Part shown: positions 34,281 through 47,350 of the stretch, piece after piece
Numbering within the stretch: the stretch's first letter is position 1
Layout of the letters: every line of letters starts with the position of its first letter
NCBI GenBank assembly: GCA_050575255.1
Contig: JBNZDD010013589.1
Span: 1,268,374-1,332,373, forward strand
DNA length: 64,000 nt
DNA from: Harriotta raleighana
Taxonomy: Eukaryota
Direction: 5' to 3'
The notes under the pieces: generated by a model
Told to the model about the DNA's origin: nothing
Database searches by the model: none
Seen by the model: only the letters and a program-made list of their open reading frames with translations
Made by a program: the position numbers and the translations under genes

Positions 34281-35225
34281 GAGTTTAGAAGGTTGAAGAG
34301 TCATCTGATTGAGATTTTTAAAATAATAAAGGTATTCGATAGGGTAGAGCGAGAAACTATTTCCTCTATGGGGAAATCTAGAACAAAGGGGGAAATTCTT
34401 ACAATGTAGACCATTTAGGAGTGAAATTAGGAGTCAAAGGGTAGTGGAAATCTGGAACTCTCCTCCCCCCAAAAGGTTGTGGATGCTGGATCAATTAGGT
34501 CAGGGCCTCAAGAGATAATGGGCAAGGTGGGGTAACTGGACTTGAGGTACATATTAGCCATGATTTTATAGAAATAAATACGTTTTGATGAACCTTTACG
34601 TTATGATGAACCTTCATGTTATGGTGAACTTTTGAAAAACATTGGTTAGGCCTCAGCTGGAGTACTGTATTCAGTTCTGGGTACCCCACTTTAGGATTGA
34701 TGTCAAGGCATTGTAGAGAGTGCAAAGGAGGTTTACCAGGAAGATATCAGGGATTTCAGTTTTGAGTAGAGGCTTGAGAAACTAGGATTATTCTCCTTGG
34801 AGAAGAGAAAGTTGAGAGGAGACTTGATAGAAATGATGAGGAGATTCGATAGGGTGAACAGAGGAGAAACTATTTCCACTGGCAAATGGATCGGTAACCC
34901 GAGAACAGCAATTTAAAACAGTTGTTAAAAGAAACAGAGGTGAGACAGAAATTTTTCACACCGTGACTTATTCTGATACATTGCCTGAAAGGGTGGTGAA
35001 AGCTGATTACAACTTTTAAGAGTGAAATGGATAATTATTTGGGAGAGCAAGTTTATAGAGAAATGGGGAGAGTGGGATTGATTTGGACAGCTCTTTACGA
35101 AGAGCCAGCACAGCCATGGGCCAAATGGTCTGCTTTTGTGCTGGATAATTCTATTATTCTAAGAACAATAAGAATAAAAGCAGAACAGGTTTGAGGGGCT
35201 GAATGGCTTTCTCCTATATCTATGA
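34281..35225 (+). mobile_element. Cluster of CR1 LINE 3' fragments
   Basis: RRLKSHLIEIFKIIK; ttggttaggcctcagctggagtactgtattcagttctgg (LVRPQLEYCIQFW); terminus gggccaaatggtctgcttttgtgctggataattctattattcta. Confidence 0.88.
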
Positions 35226-35387
35226 GTCTTGCAAACGTATCTTAAGCCCTGATCCACAACTACAGCTCTCTTTACATTACTCCAAACTTAATGTGAGAGA
35301 CAGAAGACAGCAGGGAGAGAGTTTTTGTTTTCAAATTTGATTCTTGAGGATTTATTTTCATCAATAAATATTTGTAGAGATTTTTTT

Positions 35388-35401
35388 CCAGCAGGGGGCA
35401 G
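35388..35401 (+). promoter_or_regulatory. Candidate CTCF site
   Basis: CCAGCAGGGGGCAG matches the CTCF core CCASYAGRKGGCRS; motif match only. Confidence 0.45.
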
Positions 35402-37444
35402 TATGCTTATGTTTCACGTCGTTCAAAGGCGGAGACATGTGCAACACAATTAGGCAGATTTTGACATTACTTAAAAGGTAATCTACTCTTAATCAGAGCA
35501 CAAAGGGCCGAGGAAAAACACAGCTTATTAACACTGGCACAAAGGAAGGATTCAGAGAAACTAAGCAATGCTCACAACATGGATTGTCCAGCGCCTTGGG
35601 ACGTCCTCCAGACACAAAAGGTGGTCCACAAATGTAATTTTGTTATTGTTGTTATTTGCAGTGAGTTCTGATGGTGTGCAAACCTTCCTCTCTGACCGTG
35701 CTTACTGACATCCCGCCACCATTCACTGGCTCGGAGTCAACAACAAAATGGTACTTGTATGGTGCCTTCCACAACAGGAGGAGGGTCCAAGGCGTTGGAG
35801 TCAGGCTCTGTTAAGCGCTCTGAGACGCTTCTTTTACGAGGAGGGCACCATATACATGCAAATTGTTGTTGTTACTGTTTTCAAGTCTGCTGCATTGCTG
35901 CAGAGCTGAGATCTCCCATGTCCACTTGCTTTAAGAAAGATTGACTCCAGGCTAGCCTGCCCATGGGGTCAAAATAGTTCAAAGCACTTAAAATCCTGAC
36001 GTGTGTTCTAAACCCACCTTCTGACTCAAAGGAACGAGTGCCAATAACTGAGCCAAGTTGACGATGCAATTTTTTTGCCAGTGGTTCTACACTTTTTTCA
36101 GTCATTCGTGTGTCTGATGCTGGCGAAAACCCAACACTGCACTTTATGTTATCCCAACCAAACTGAGAATTCCATGCATCCCACCTACACATGGATATCC
36201 CAAAGATAGATTGATGGTGGGACATACCCTACTTACCTGTTTCCGGAGAGTATTAGGCGCAGGTTTCCCTGGGCCATCTTCCCTGCTGCTGCTCATGGTA
36301 TTTCCATCACACAGGAAGCCTTGGATTTCTGATCAAGGACATTTCAAGTCTAGTTGATCTATTATATTACTTAATACCCCAATCAGTGAGTCAATCTGGG
36401 GTCAGTGATATGAATAGAACAATTGATGGGTAAAGAAGAGGGTTATTTAGTTTCCATGTGCAGCATCTCTGCAATGTTACCTGAACCATAATAATAAATA
36501 ATAATAATCCTTACATTTGATATAGCGCCTTATCTCGTCTTCGAGACATGTCAAAGCGCTTCAATGAATACATTGTAAAGTGAATTGACTGTTTCCAACA
36601 CACTCTTCTTCAGAAGTGAGAATGTCAGCTCCTGTAAACCCTGGATGGATTTGTGCTATCAAGTCACGCTTGTCAGGACTAGTGTTCAGATTAGCTTGGC
36701 CTCTTACATGTAACCAAGTGTCTTTCTGTAAGCCAAGGCTTTGAATACTGGTTCCAGAATGAAATAACAATACACAAAAGCCTCTGGCCTTGCGAATACA
36801 ATCCCTGAGTGTCAGTTCCTGGCTAAGACCTAGACTTACAATTTCTAAGTGTGTTTGTTCCCTGTCTCGGCATGTTATTGTCAGGTGGAACACTGGGTCA
36901 TGCATGGCCTGCTGTGCTACAAGCGAAAATCCTTGCTCAACAATTTCACCCACCGGTTTGATTCCAGCGTATCCATTGATCAAAGTGTTAATGGAGAAGC
37001 GGTTCAGAGAAATGAACTGTGAGCAGGCAATGGGGGGGGAATGCTATTTTGTTTTAATCAGGATAACTGTGTTAAATGGTACAGGCACACTCAGTGGATT
37101 GACAATAAATTCAATAGATCTGGTGTGTACTGTGTTGACATTTCCCCATTCCTAAACCAAACCAATGTTTCCTGACTTAGTGCTTAGTGACTGCATGTGC
37201 AGTTACAGAAAGCACCACACAACGGTGATGTCTGAGGACTGGCACATACACACACCGAGGTCCAGGGAACTACAGTCATCGGGATTTGATTTTGTGCAGG
37301 TTTTCGACACGTCTTGCTCTGATTATGCCTGTCATTCCAGGAAAATTGCACTTGAGTTTCACATACTTTGCCTTTCTGAAGCTTTGAACCTTGTCCTTTT
37401 TTAATGTTGATTTTAATGCATGTATCTGCGAGAGAGCACTTGAT

Positions 37445-37500
37445 CTCTTTCTCCTTTTCTCTTTCTCTCTCTCTCCTCTCTTTTTCTCTCTCTCTCTCCT
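37445..37500. repeat. (CT)n-rich microsatellite
   Basis: Visible imperfect CT repeat. Confidence 0.85.
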
Positions 37501-38349
37501 TCATAGCTGTGTTTGTGAGCTCATTCTGTGAGTTATCTGATATAAACTTGCATCTGCACTGCCTGAGGAATCTCATTTGTTTTTTAAAAAAAGAAAAAGA
37601 GCAATCCAAGATAATACACAATAATAAATGAGAGAGAAGGAATAATTTCAGCTGTTTTCCAGATTTATTTCTGAGGACAATGATGGCAAGTTTGTTGGTG
37701 ACTGCAATCTGCCTGCACATTCCTGCCTGGCCAGTTGTTTTGCCTGAGCACGGGTAGATAGGTGCCACTGAACTGCAAACCTGTCAGACCGATCACAATT
37801 AAACCCACTGCTGTTGTCAAAGCGTGGTCTATTATTTGTCGGTAATTGTTTCCTGCGGGAAATGGAATTAAAAGAGCACGCGTTTTAGTTGATTAAATTA
37901 GAGGGAACTTTGATTGTTTCTGAAGGGGCAAGTCAATTGATGACCTCTCGTGAGTATTAATTGCGAATAACTGTGAATTACTAATCCCTCAAACTGCGGC
38001 CCGCCTCTCTATTTGCATTTAAATGGGCGCTGTGGACGTTTCTCATAAACTTACGGTGGATGAATGAAAACTGATGCTTGACAAATTGCCATGGCAACTG
38101 ATCAGTATCTGCTGGCTTGCCATTCTCCGAATGCTCAGTACGCTTCTCATTATCACTTGACTGACTGTGGTTCTATGCCAAACGAAAAAATGCAGGCAAA
38201 ATAACTGCCCGTACCTTACCACTGGCATTAGCACCAGCCTCCGCACTAGCCACTGCACTGTTTACAGCAAAATTGTTCATTTTAGAATTTATTATTTATA
38301 GTTGAAACCTAACGAGAGGAGTTCATCATCTCCCGCTAGTCCCCCAAAT

Positions 38350-39010
38350 CATTCCTTGAGTGGTTTCCAGTGTAGGCCGGGCAGCTCCGAGGGTGTCTGG
38401 CCTCGAGGGTAGTGACATCCGAGGAATCTGGTTGTCAGGATCAATGACAACCATTTAACTGCCTCGCCCTCAAGTGTTTGTTGTTCCTCCTGTGATGAAT
38501 AGATCATTAGTGGATGGGCTAGTGATCTCTTGTGATGAAGTTGGCTGGTGGATTGAGCATCACTGCATTCTCCCAACCAACATTCTTGGAATAAACTCAA
38601 TTATTCCTCATCAACATGTGACTTTCTAATGCTCTGAATGAAAGCACCAACACTTTAGACTTTCTGGACTTGTTCTAGCATGAAATGTGCTGGAGCATAA
38701 ATAATGGGCAACTGTGTGCAAAGTGTTGTATCAACTTCACCTGTAGCCCATAGCTTGTGAGCACCTGCAGTATTGATTTGTGAAGGAATAATGTGGGGAA
38801 TTGGAACTAAGGTGGAGGTGGAAACCAGTCTGCAGCCTGTGTATAATATAACTGAGTCTGGGATGAACGTCTCACAGTCACACAAAGCACACCAACCACA
38901 AACACTTCCTGTAGCTTTTGGACATGGGAGTTCTGCAGTACTGTATTCCACACTTTTGACATCATTTTCTGCTACAGTGAATGCTGGAGGAGGGTTACCT
39001 TACTCTCTCC
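38350..39010 (-). mobile_element. Highly decayed Vingi/Ingi-like non-LTR retrotransposon fragment
   Basis: Minus-strand peptides EYSTAELPCP, YTGCRLVSTSTLVPIPHIIPSQI, QLPII and VIDPDNQIPRMSLP occur in the same order as recalled Vingi C-terminal motifs (YSTAEYCAP, ITGC-TP-WLPVLSNIAPPHIR, DPT-PGFDLPR). Confidence 0.55.
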
Positions 39011-39629
39011 TCTGAAATCCTGTCAGCTCTCTAAAATCCCATTTGAGCCTCAGGGTCATAAATTTCTTGAGCAGCTTTCAGTTTGCAGTAATTTTTTTTA
39101 TGTTTATGTGAAACCGTCCCAAGAAACAATCTTGTCTCCCTCACACACTATTTGGCCTGCGCTAAAAGATTGGCTGAATGACCTCTGGTTATAGAGTGAC
39201 ATAGATATTTCCTCTTCCTTTCTCCTCCTCCAGACTGAATACCTGCACTGAAAATGTAGGTTAATGCCCTCTGGAGCCTATTTCATTCCAATCTAAATGT
39301 GGTAGATTTCAATTATGCCTGGTTCCGCTTAACTCTATCCCGTTTCCGAAGCCTTCATTTTTAGCTCATTGTGTGTGTGGAGATCACTTGATGGTTGAAC
39401 TTCCAAGCCTGTTACTTCAGCACATATTAATGTGCTGAGTGCCCGCGGGCACATTGAATTTGAGTCTGTTCAGTTCAATGGGGAGACACTCTCAGTTACC
39501 GCTGAACGGTCAGAGCGATTGTTAAATCTTGTAGACTTGTGGCTGGCATTTCCAGGGAGACTTGATGCAAGGACAAGGTGTGTTGTACGTCATTAACCGC
39601 CAAATATGATAAATTCTTTCACAAACAAA

Positions 39630-40345
39630 ATATAGAATCATAGAATATTACAGCTCAGAAGGAGGCCATTTTCCCCATCGTGCCTTGTTTAGAAGAGCTA
39701 CCCAATGTACCACTTTCCCGCTTGATCCCCATATCCTTGAAAAAAATTTCAAGTGTATCCAATTCCCTTTTGAAAGTTGTTACTGAATCTATTTCTACCA
39801 ACTTTTCAGTCAGTGTATTCTCAACCGTAACAACTCTCTGCGTCAAAAAATATCTCCTCATTACCCAGCTGGTTCTTTTTACCTGGAATCTAATATCCCT
39901 GATTTTTTACCCAACTGCCAGTGGAAACAGCTTCTCCCTATCAACTGCATCAAAACACCTCATAATTTTGAACACCGACATTCACATGACTAAAGTCCCT
40001 CATTCCTGGTACCATTCTTCTAAATCTCTTGTGTATTCTCTCCAATTTTTACTGTGATTGGCCTTCATATGCTTCCTGTCTTGGAGCACCCCTAATTGCA
40101 TATAATAATAACCTTACGTTTGATATAGCGCTTTTCATTGTCTCCTAAATGTTTCAAGTGCTTCACAGAATATACTTTAACATGAATTAACGGTTTATTT
40201 GTGTTTCCACCTGAGGCCTAACTAGTGACTTATAAACGTTGAGCAGAACTTCCTTGCTTTGGTTCTCTAAACCTTTATTTATAAAGCCAAGGATCCCATA
40301 TGCTTTGGTCAACAGCTCCATCAACCTATCTTACCACATTCAATT
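39630..40345 (-). mobile_element. CR1 LINE 3' fragment with an internal SINE tail
   Basis: tagaatcatagaat terminus; RRYFLTQRVVTVENTL and TTFKRELD; SINE tail at ~40100-40200. Confidence 0.88.
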
Positions 40346-41532
40346 ATGTAGTCAGTTCACTTTATAATATATTCTGTAAGCATTTGCTTTTGAGCCGTTT
40401 CAATGCCATGATAAGGCGCTATATCAAATGCAAGGATTATTATTTTCAGCAGCTTGGATCGTCCTCCCGAAGTGACAGGTGGTCTAGATATATAATTTTG
40501 TTGTTTGTTGGTTGTTGAATGGAAGGGAGGGAAGGAGTTGTGAATATTTTGTTTGTGTTGAGTGGTATTGCTCTATAGGAACCTGTTTAGTGATGTCACC
40601 GTTTCCTGCTTAACAACGGTCATCTTATGGCTTCTTGACTGAACTATCTGGGAGTGATCAGATACATATATACATTTGTTAAAGATTTGAGAATTGTTCG
40701 ACTTAGTTACTGTAGATAATTGAAAGTAAAACGTAATGTAGCCATTAGATAATATTGCTATCTCTTGCATGTTTCCCCCTTTTTTTGTCCCTCCCTCTTT
40801 CTCACTCTCCACCTTTCTTGGATAAGAGATTAAAAACTGAAGAAGTTAATGCACAGAACACACCCTGTTGGGTTTAAGCTGATATACAGAAGATCTAATC
40901 ATAATGTTCCGAGAGGCAGAGATTCAAACCTTTTATCCGGTATAGCTGAGCAAACAGTAATGAGTTTCATACTTCATTCCGAGTCCACAATAGAGGATTA
41001 TCATACTGATACAATTGGATTGAGGATTCACCCCGCCTTCCAGTTGATGTTAGCTTGCGAGCACAGCTGTTTGTGATTATTGGAAGGGGACGAGTAAAAG
41101 AACTGGGATCCTGTACTACATTGTCTCATGTCAGCTGTTGGAACAGCTCAATGCTGGCAGATACGCATATAGCTCTGTGCACCCATTTTGTATTGAGCAC
41201 CTGAACTGCAAAAGGCGCTTATTCAGTTTCATTCCCTTCTGATAAATCTCTCGCTCTATATAGCTCTCTGCTTGGCTGTATCCCTGCTTCAGGCTCTCTC
41301 AGCAGAGACACATTGAATCACTGTTGGGGGAGAGGGCAAGCCCATAATTAGCAATTCAGTCTATCCTCTGTGCAGGGAAGAGATTGATTTGAAAGTTAGC
41401 AATCAAAATGTCTTTTCCAATAGCATTCTGCGATTCAAAGCGCTCTGAGACTCTGACTGGGGTGGAGGGCGCTATATAAATGCAAGTTGTTGTAGTTTTA
41501 ATGAATAGGCAGATGCAGTGGACCTGGTAAGT

Positions 41533-41905
41533 GGAATCCTACAGCATGGAATCCTGGTTAGAGCACTAACCTCACAAGTGAGAGGACCTGGGTTCAATTC
41601 CCAGGCAGGGTGAAATGTTGGGCAAGTTTCCTTACACCACACTCCTCTGTTTACCTAGTAGTAAGCAGGAACCCACTTGTTAGTCGATTGGTTAGTCTCT
41701 TTTCTGGGGGTAATAATTCCTTCAAGAACACTTTTTTAAATAATAATTTAATCACTTAATCTACCATTACTGTTTATGGAAAACTGCCGTATGCAATTGG
41801 CTGCCACATTACACCCACAAATATTCATTCAATTCACTTTATTCTGTGAAGCGCTTTGAGATGTCTAGAAGTGATATAGGGCACTACAATCAAATGCTAT
41901 TATTA
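41533..41905 (+). mobile_element. Deu-domain SINE, long form
   Basis: gggttcaattcccaggcagggtgaaatgttgggcaagtttcc...ctctgtttacctagtagtaagcaggaacc...caattggctgcc. Confidence 0.9.
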
Positions 41906-42499
41906 ATAAACTCGGGAGAAATGGAAATCAGCACTTGCTCTATGTCTTGGGAATATAATCATCAGAAAGCAATGTTTTCCTCAGTCGACTTGTCTCGCTG
42001 TTCAGAAATTGCCTCCTGCTACTCCTCTATTCTGGCTCCCTATAAACAGACATCTGTGGTGGGAACTGGGGAAAAGCTGAATGGTGATGTTTAGGGCGTT
42101 TGTGGCCAGCCTGGTTATGATGACTAATGGACTGCAACAATAGCTGTCACAGCAGTAGAACCTCTGTGATTTCTGTGCAGCGTGCAAAGGTCAGCAACTT
42201 GCCATCTAATAGAAGCTGGTTTGTGTCGCCTGTGTTTATTTTAAAGAAGGAAGCATTGCGATTTCAGGTTGTTTTGGCTGGGAAGGTGACATGTTGTCAT
42301 GGGAGAAGGTTTGTTTTACAATATGTCGCTCGCACAATGTGTACTGGGAACACAGCCAGCCAGAGTGCAATTCTATTCCTCCTATTGTCCACAGATTTCT
42401 TCCAATAAAACGAAGGGAGGTAGAACCTCCACCACAGCTGAGAAACGCCAGGTTTCTGAACGTTGACCAATGCCAGGCCTCACTTGCCATCCCTATGTT

Positions 42500-43968
42500 T
42501 GAAGGGATCCACTCAGCTGCTGCACTTCCATCTAGTACCCCCTCCCCATCTGCCCCCACACCCCTGCCCATCCTTCCCGCCATACCTTTGAACCTGTTTC
42601 CCCCTTATCTCCCACCATCACCACCATAACCAACTTGAAACCCACCACCTTTGCTCCCTTGACCCCATTTTTTATACCTCTCCTTAACTCCCAGCTCCAC
42701 CTCCACCATTCGCTCCGCTTTAAAAGCAGCCATCTTCATTCGTGTCGTTAAAAAAATCTCCCTGGACCCATAAAGCAAAACGCAAAATACTGCAGCTGCT
42801 GAAAGTTTGAAACAAAAACATCCCCGGACCCATCCCTGCTCTCAAATTGCTGCTTCATCTCCAACTTCTCTTTCTGTTCAAAGGTCCAGCAACAAGTCGT
42901 TACGCCCCAGCTTTGCTTCATCCTCTCCGGTCACTCCCTTCACAAACTCTTCCAATCGGGTTTCCATGCCGTCTGCAGCACAGAAACAGCTTTGGTCAAA
43001 GTGACAATGATGTTTTGTCCACAGGGTTGCCTCTGCCTCCTTATCCTCTTTGAACTTTGCTGCCTTCGATAACATTAACTATTCTAGCCTCTACCACCTC
43101 TCCTCTCACCTCAACCTCAAGTGGTTCAGATCCTGCCTCTCACACCGTCTTCCACTTCATGTGCACAAATGGTTTGTTCTCCAGCCCCCACACCCTCTTT
43201 TGTGGCATTCCTCAGGGCTCTGACTCTGTCCCCTCCTCTTCAATATCTACATGCTCCTTCTTAGTGACATCATCCGCAGACACGGGGTCAACTTCCACAT
43301 GTATGCGGATGACACCCAACTCTATCTCTCTGCCTTCACACTCAATGCCAGGCCCACTGCTGACAGACTGTCTGTCAGACATCAAATCCTGGATGAGAGC
43401 TCACTTTCTTCAGTTGAATGTCAACAAGACCGAGGATCACCTGATTGGCTCCTGCGAACTTCTCCACCATAGAGGCACTGACAGCAACAACAGCAGAAGT
43501 AATTTGTAAGCGCCTTTCACATCGGGCATACGACCCAAGGCCCTGGACAATTAGTGTTTCTGAGCCAAGCTGGGATCCAGATGGCACAGTTGAAGAGGAT
43601 GGTCTTGAGGCAGGACTTGAAGGAGGTTAGGGAGGGAGTACGGCGGAGAGATTGTGTGATAGCAATGATGACAGCATCACAATCCTAAAATGCACAATCC
43701 ACTCAACTGAGCAGTCCAGAACTTTGGTATCTTATTTGACTTTAAACTGTCCTTTACCCACGTCTGTGCCATGACTTGCTCTGCCTTTCCATACCTTCTC
43801 AACATCACACAACTCCGCTACCATCTCACAAGCCTTCAGCCACTATGCCCTCAAGCTCTGGATACTATCCAATAATTCTTCCGCCTCTCCCCTCGCCTGC
43901 TTCAAGACCAGTCTCAAGATCCTCCTCTTTGACAGTGCCTTTGATCACCCTCCTCCCTCCCCGATCCT
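42500..43968 (+). mobile_element. Decayed L2 with nested insertions
   Basis: IIRRHGVNFHMYADDTQLYLS and LSDIKSWMRAHFLQLNVNKTE; opposite-strand L2 tail at ~43480-43660; short insert at 42772-42820. Confidence 0.88.
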
Positions 43969-44283
43969 AACCCTCACTTGGGATTGTTTCCCAGGCAGGG
44001 TGAAACGTTGGGCAAGTTTCCTTAACTCCACACGCCTCTGTTTACCTAGCAGTAAGTAGGAACCGGTTGTTAGTCGATTTCTGAGGGCAATAATGCCTTC
44101 GTAAAAAATAAAAATTGAATTAAAAATAATATTAATTTGGTCACTCAATCTATGACTGATTGTGGGACAAAGCTGTGCGCAATTGGCTGCTGTGTTTCTC
44201 CCACAAAATATGCAGTCATTTCAGTTTACGGCTCAAAGATGTGATATGGTACTATCTCAAATACAAGGATTATTACTATTATT
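43969..44283 (+). mobile_element. Deu-domain SINE, long form, head degenerate
   Basis: ttgggcaagtttccttaactccacacgcctctgtttacctagcagtaagtaggaacc...gctgtgcgcaattggctgc. Confidence 0.88.
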
Positions 44284-44939
44284 CAATGATCATCCTTAAC
44301 ACGTTTTCCCTCTCTCTCTCCCTCTCTATCTCACTCCATCTGTCTCTCTTCACCCATTCGTCCCACACAAAGCATTCATAGCACAGGATAGCCTCCTATA
44401 AATTGAGAGCTAGTTGCATCTCTGAGATTTTGTTACAGGATTGAGATGGGAGGGAGAGCGGGGCAGATGACAGTATAAACTCTTGCCTATTGAGCTAGAG
44501 AGATATACGTAAGCATCAAATGCAATTAAAATCCAGGAATGTAACCATTAGTGTCCACAAAGCGAGCTGTTTGCTTTATATTATAAGTTGTTTGCTGTCC
44601 TTTAGATCTGCCTTATTTACACCGGTTTGAGATGGGAACCCTCAGTGGATAATGAGGTGTTTAATGGATCCTTTTAGAGGCACAATTACATAAGTGTGCA
44701 CAAAGGTGAGAATTCTAGCTGATTAGTCTTAACGCATGGATGTGGGGGTGCAATATACACTTGATTAAAATGAGACAGTTGTGTGCTGACTGGAAAAGTC
44801 TTTTGTTTGGTGACCATATAATAATAATAATAATAATAATAACTCGGATTTGACATAACGCCTTATCAGGACACGTCTCAAAACAAGTGGATCGACTATA
44901 TTTGTGAGTGAAGTATGTCCACACTAATGTTGAATATAC

Positions 44940-45372
44940 AAAAACAAGAACATTGATTTATATAGCGCCCTCCATGCTGGACGGCGTCCCAGAGTGCTTC
45001 ACAACAACGGATCCTGGGACCGAGGCAGGGGTAGAAGGTGACCAAAGGCACGGTCGAAGAGAAAGGTTTTTAGGTGGGACCTGAACCTGGGAAGAGAGGG
45101 GGCGAGGCGAAGGGAGTGAGGAAGGGAGTTCCAGAGCCTCGGGGAGTAATGGATGAAAGCATGGCTGCTGAGGGTGCAGCGGAGGATTCGGGGGACACGG
45201 AGGAGGCCAGACCCAGTGGAGCAAAGGATATACCGCCCACCTTCTCAACTGGCTCCAGCCTCCCCTGTGCCCTCCACTCCACCGTCATGCTTTCAGCCAC
45301 TAAGCGCTTGAAATGCTCTGAGACGCCGTCCGGTGTGGCGGGCACTATATAAATCAAAGTTGTTGTTTTTGT
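44940..45372. mobile_element. Two oppositely oriented L2 3' fragments
   Basis: Minus copy ~44940-45225 (ttgatttatatagcgccctcc); plus copy ~45230-45372 (ggcactatataaatcaaagttgttg). Confidence 0.82.
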
Positions 45373-46984
45373 TGGAACACTCTTCTTCTGTCCCTCTGCT
45401 TTGCCCCTTCTTTCCCAATCTTCAGATTGCATTTGCAGACCTTCCACTACGAGCGTGCCCACAGTCACCTTCCCTGGCTTGGCCAGGTTGTCCACTGTCA
45501 AGCGGCCTGGGATGCCATCTACCCTCGGGAAAAGTTGTTGTTTTGGGGTTTTTGGTAACCTTGTGTTACCTATTTTAACGATGAATATTTCACCCCCTTC
45601 CTCTATAATAATTCTTGCTTTTGATACAGCGCCTTATCATATCGTAAAATGTCTTAAAAGGGCTTCACAGAATACACTGTAAAATTAATTTGATTATATA
45701 TTTTGTGGGCAACACATGGCAGCCAATTGAATAAAGGGGGTGAATGGAAATAAAGCATGAAAAGCTATTGCTTCTCCTTGCTTTTCCCTGAAGTATTACT
45801 GATGTACCCTGGAGCTTCATTTAATTTCTTTAGTTTTATGTTTTTCTCGCTGTTCGAGCAGATAATCTTCAGCTCTGGGAAAGGAACATCTATTTCGACA
45901 GTTTAGTAAATTAGATCCTTTTATGTGAATGGGGGTCTACTGGGAAGGTCTGTGTTTTCCTGACTCTCTCTACAAGCCATAACTACAAGCCCAGATGTCC
46001 CATTCATTTAGCTATTTTTCATTAGCCCAGTGCCGACTGACATTCATTTATTTGTGGAATCTCTAGTGATTTCCATGATATACAATGTGATGTTGCCACA
46101 GATATAAACCTGAGCCACACTGACCATCACTCCAAATACTTGGAAGTGACATCTTTTCATTACTTTGATATCAGTGGCACCTAACACAATGCCAATTAAT
46201 GCAAGTAGGAGTTATTATAGGCTGAATGTCATTCATTAGAGATGAAGGCGTTGGACGCATAGCATTCATCCTTCAGCAGATCTGAAACAAAGTACAGTGC
46301 TACTACTAAAACCAGCTTTCATAGATCTTTCTGATAATATGTTATATGTAGCCAATAAAGATAAAATGACTGCACAGCTGCAGGTTTCAAAGCCACAAGA
46401 TGGAACTACTCCATTTCAGTGAAACAATATGTGCCACAAAAAAACCCTGCCCCTATCAGCATTTTATAATGAATTCTGTGAGTCAACGGAATTAATACAA
46501 TTCAGTAATTATCTCGGCTCACTCAGGATTCGAGAGCGTCCGTGATCTCTTATCTGCTTCTGAGAGCCTCCGATCAGACTGCTGAATTAAATTAATCCTG
46601 TGCCTTGCTTGGCAGCCCTTTCCCAGAGCTCTTGTAGGAACGAGTTATTATGGTAAACACAACAGTGAAATTATTTCCTCCCCTCCTCTGCCCATCTCCA
46701 AAATGCCTGTTGAGTATCTCTTGTATATTCTGTTCTCAAACATTTCTCTAGTTGTGGGAATTGCAGTTTGTTTCACTGAAAACACAGATTTTTGGTATGG
46801 TTCAACAACAACTTCTCGCATTTGTAAGGCACCCTTCACACAAGATAGCATCCATCCTGGAGTGCTTCATAGTGGCAGTCTGACAATGAACTCGGGGACG
46901 AGGAGAGGGGAGGGGATCACAACGGAAGAGTTTTAGGTGGGATTTGGAGGTGGGGAGGGAGCTTCAAGTATATTTCTCCTCCAA

Positions 46985-47350
46985 TAATATAATAAGCCTT
47001 GCATTCCAAATAGCGCCTTATCACTTCACTGAGAAGTCACAGAGGGCTTCACAGGACATACTGCAAACTGAATTGACTGTATATTTTCTGAGCTAAATGT
47101 GACAGCCAATTGCACACATCAGTGTCCCACAAATAGTCATGGATTGAATGAACATGTTTGTGTTTGAAGAGTTTATTACCCCCAGAAAGCAATCCGACAA
47201 TTAATTAACAACCGGGTTCCTACTTACTACTAGGAAAAAAGAGGCGTGCGGAGTAAGGAAACTTATCTAATGTTTGTCCCTGACTGGGAATCGAATCTGG
47301 GCCCTTTCGTTTTGCGAGGCAAGCTCGCCAACCAATTCGCTACACGAATA
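46985..47350 (-). mobile_element. Deu-domain SINE, long form
   Basis: cagccaattgcacacatcagtgtcccacaaa...ccgggttcctacttactactagg...gggaatcgaatctggg. Confidence 0.88.

Noticed and set aside
37184-37768. 194-aa minus-strand ORF
   Set aside because: Runs through a (GA)n microsatellite (ERER tract); no recognisable domain or splice context.
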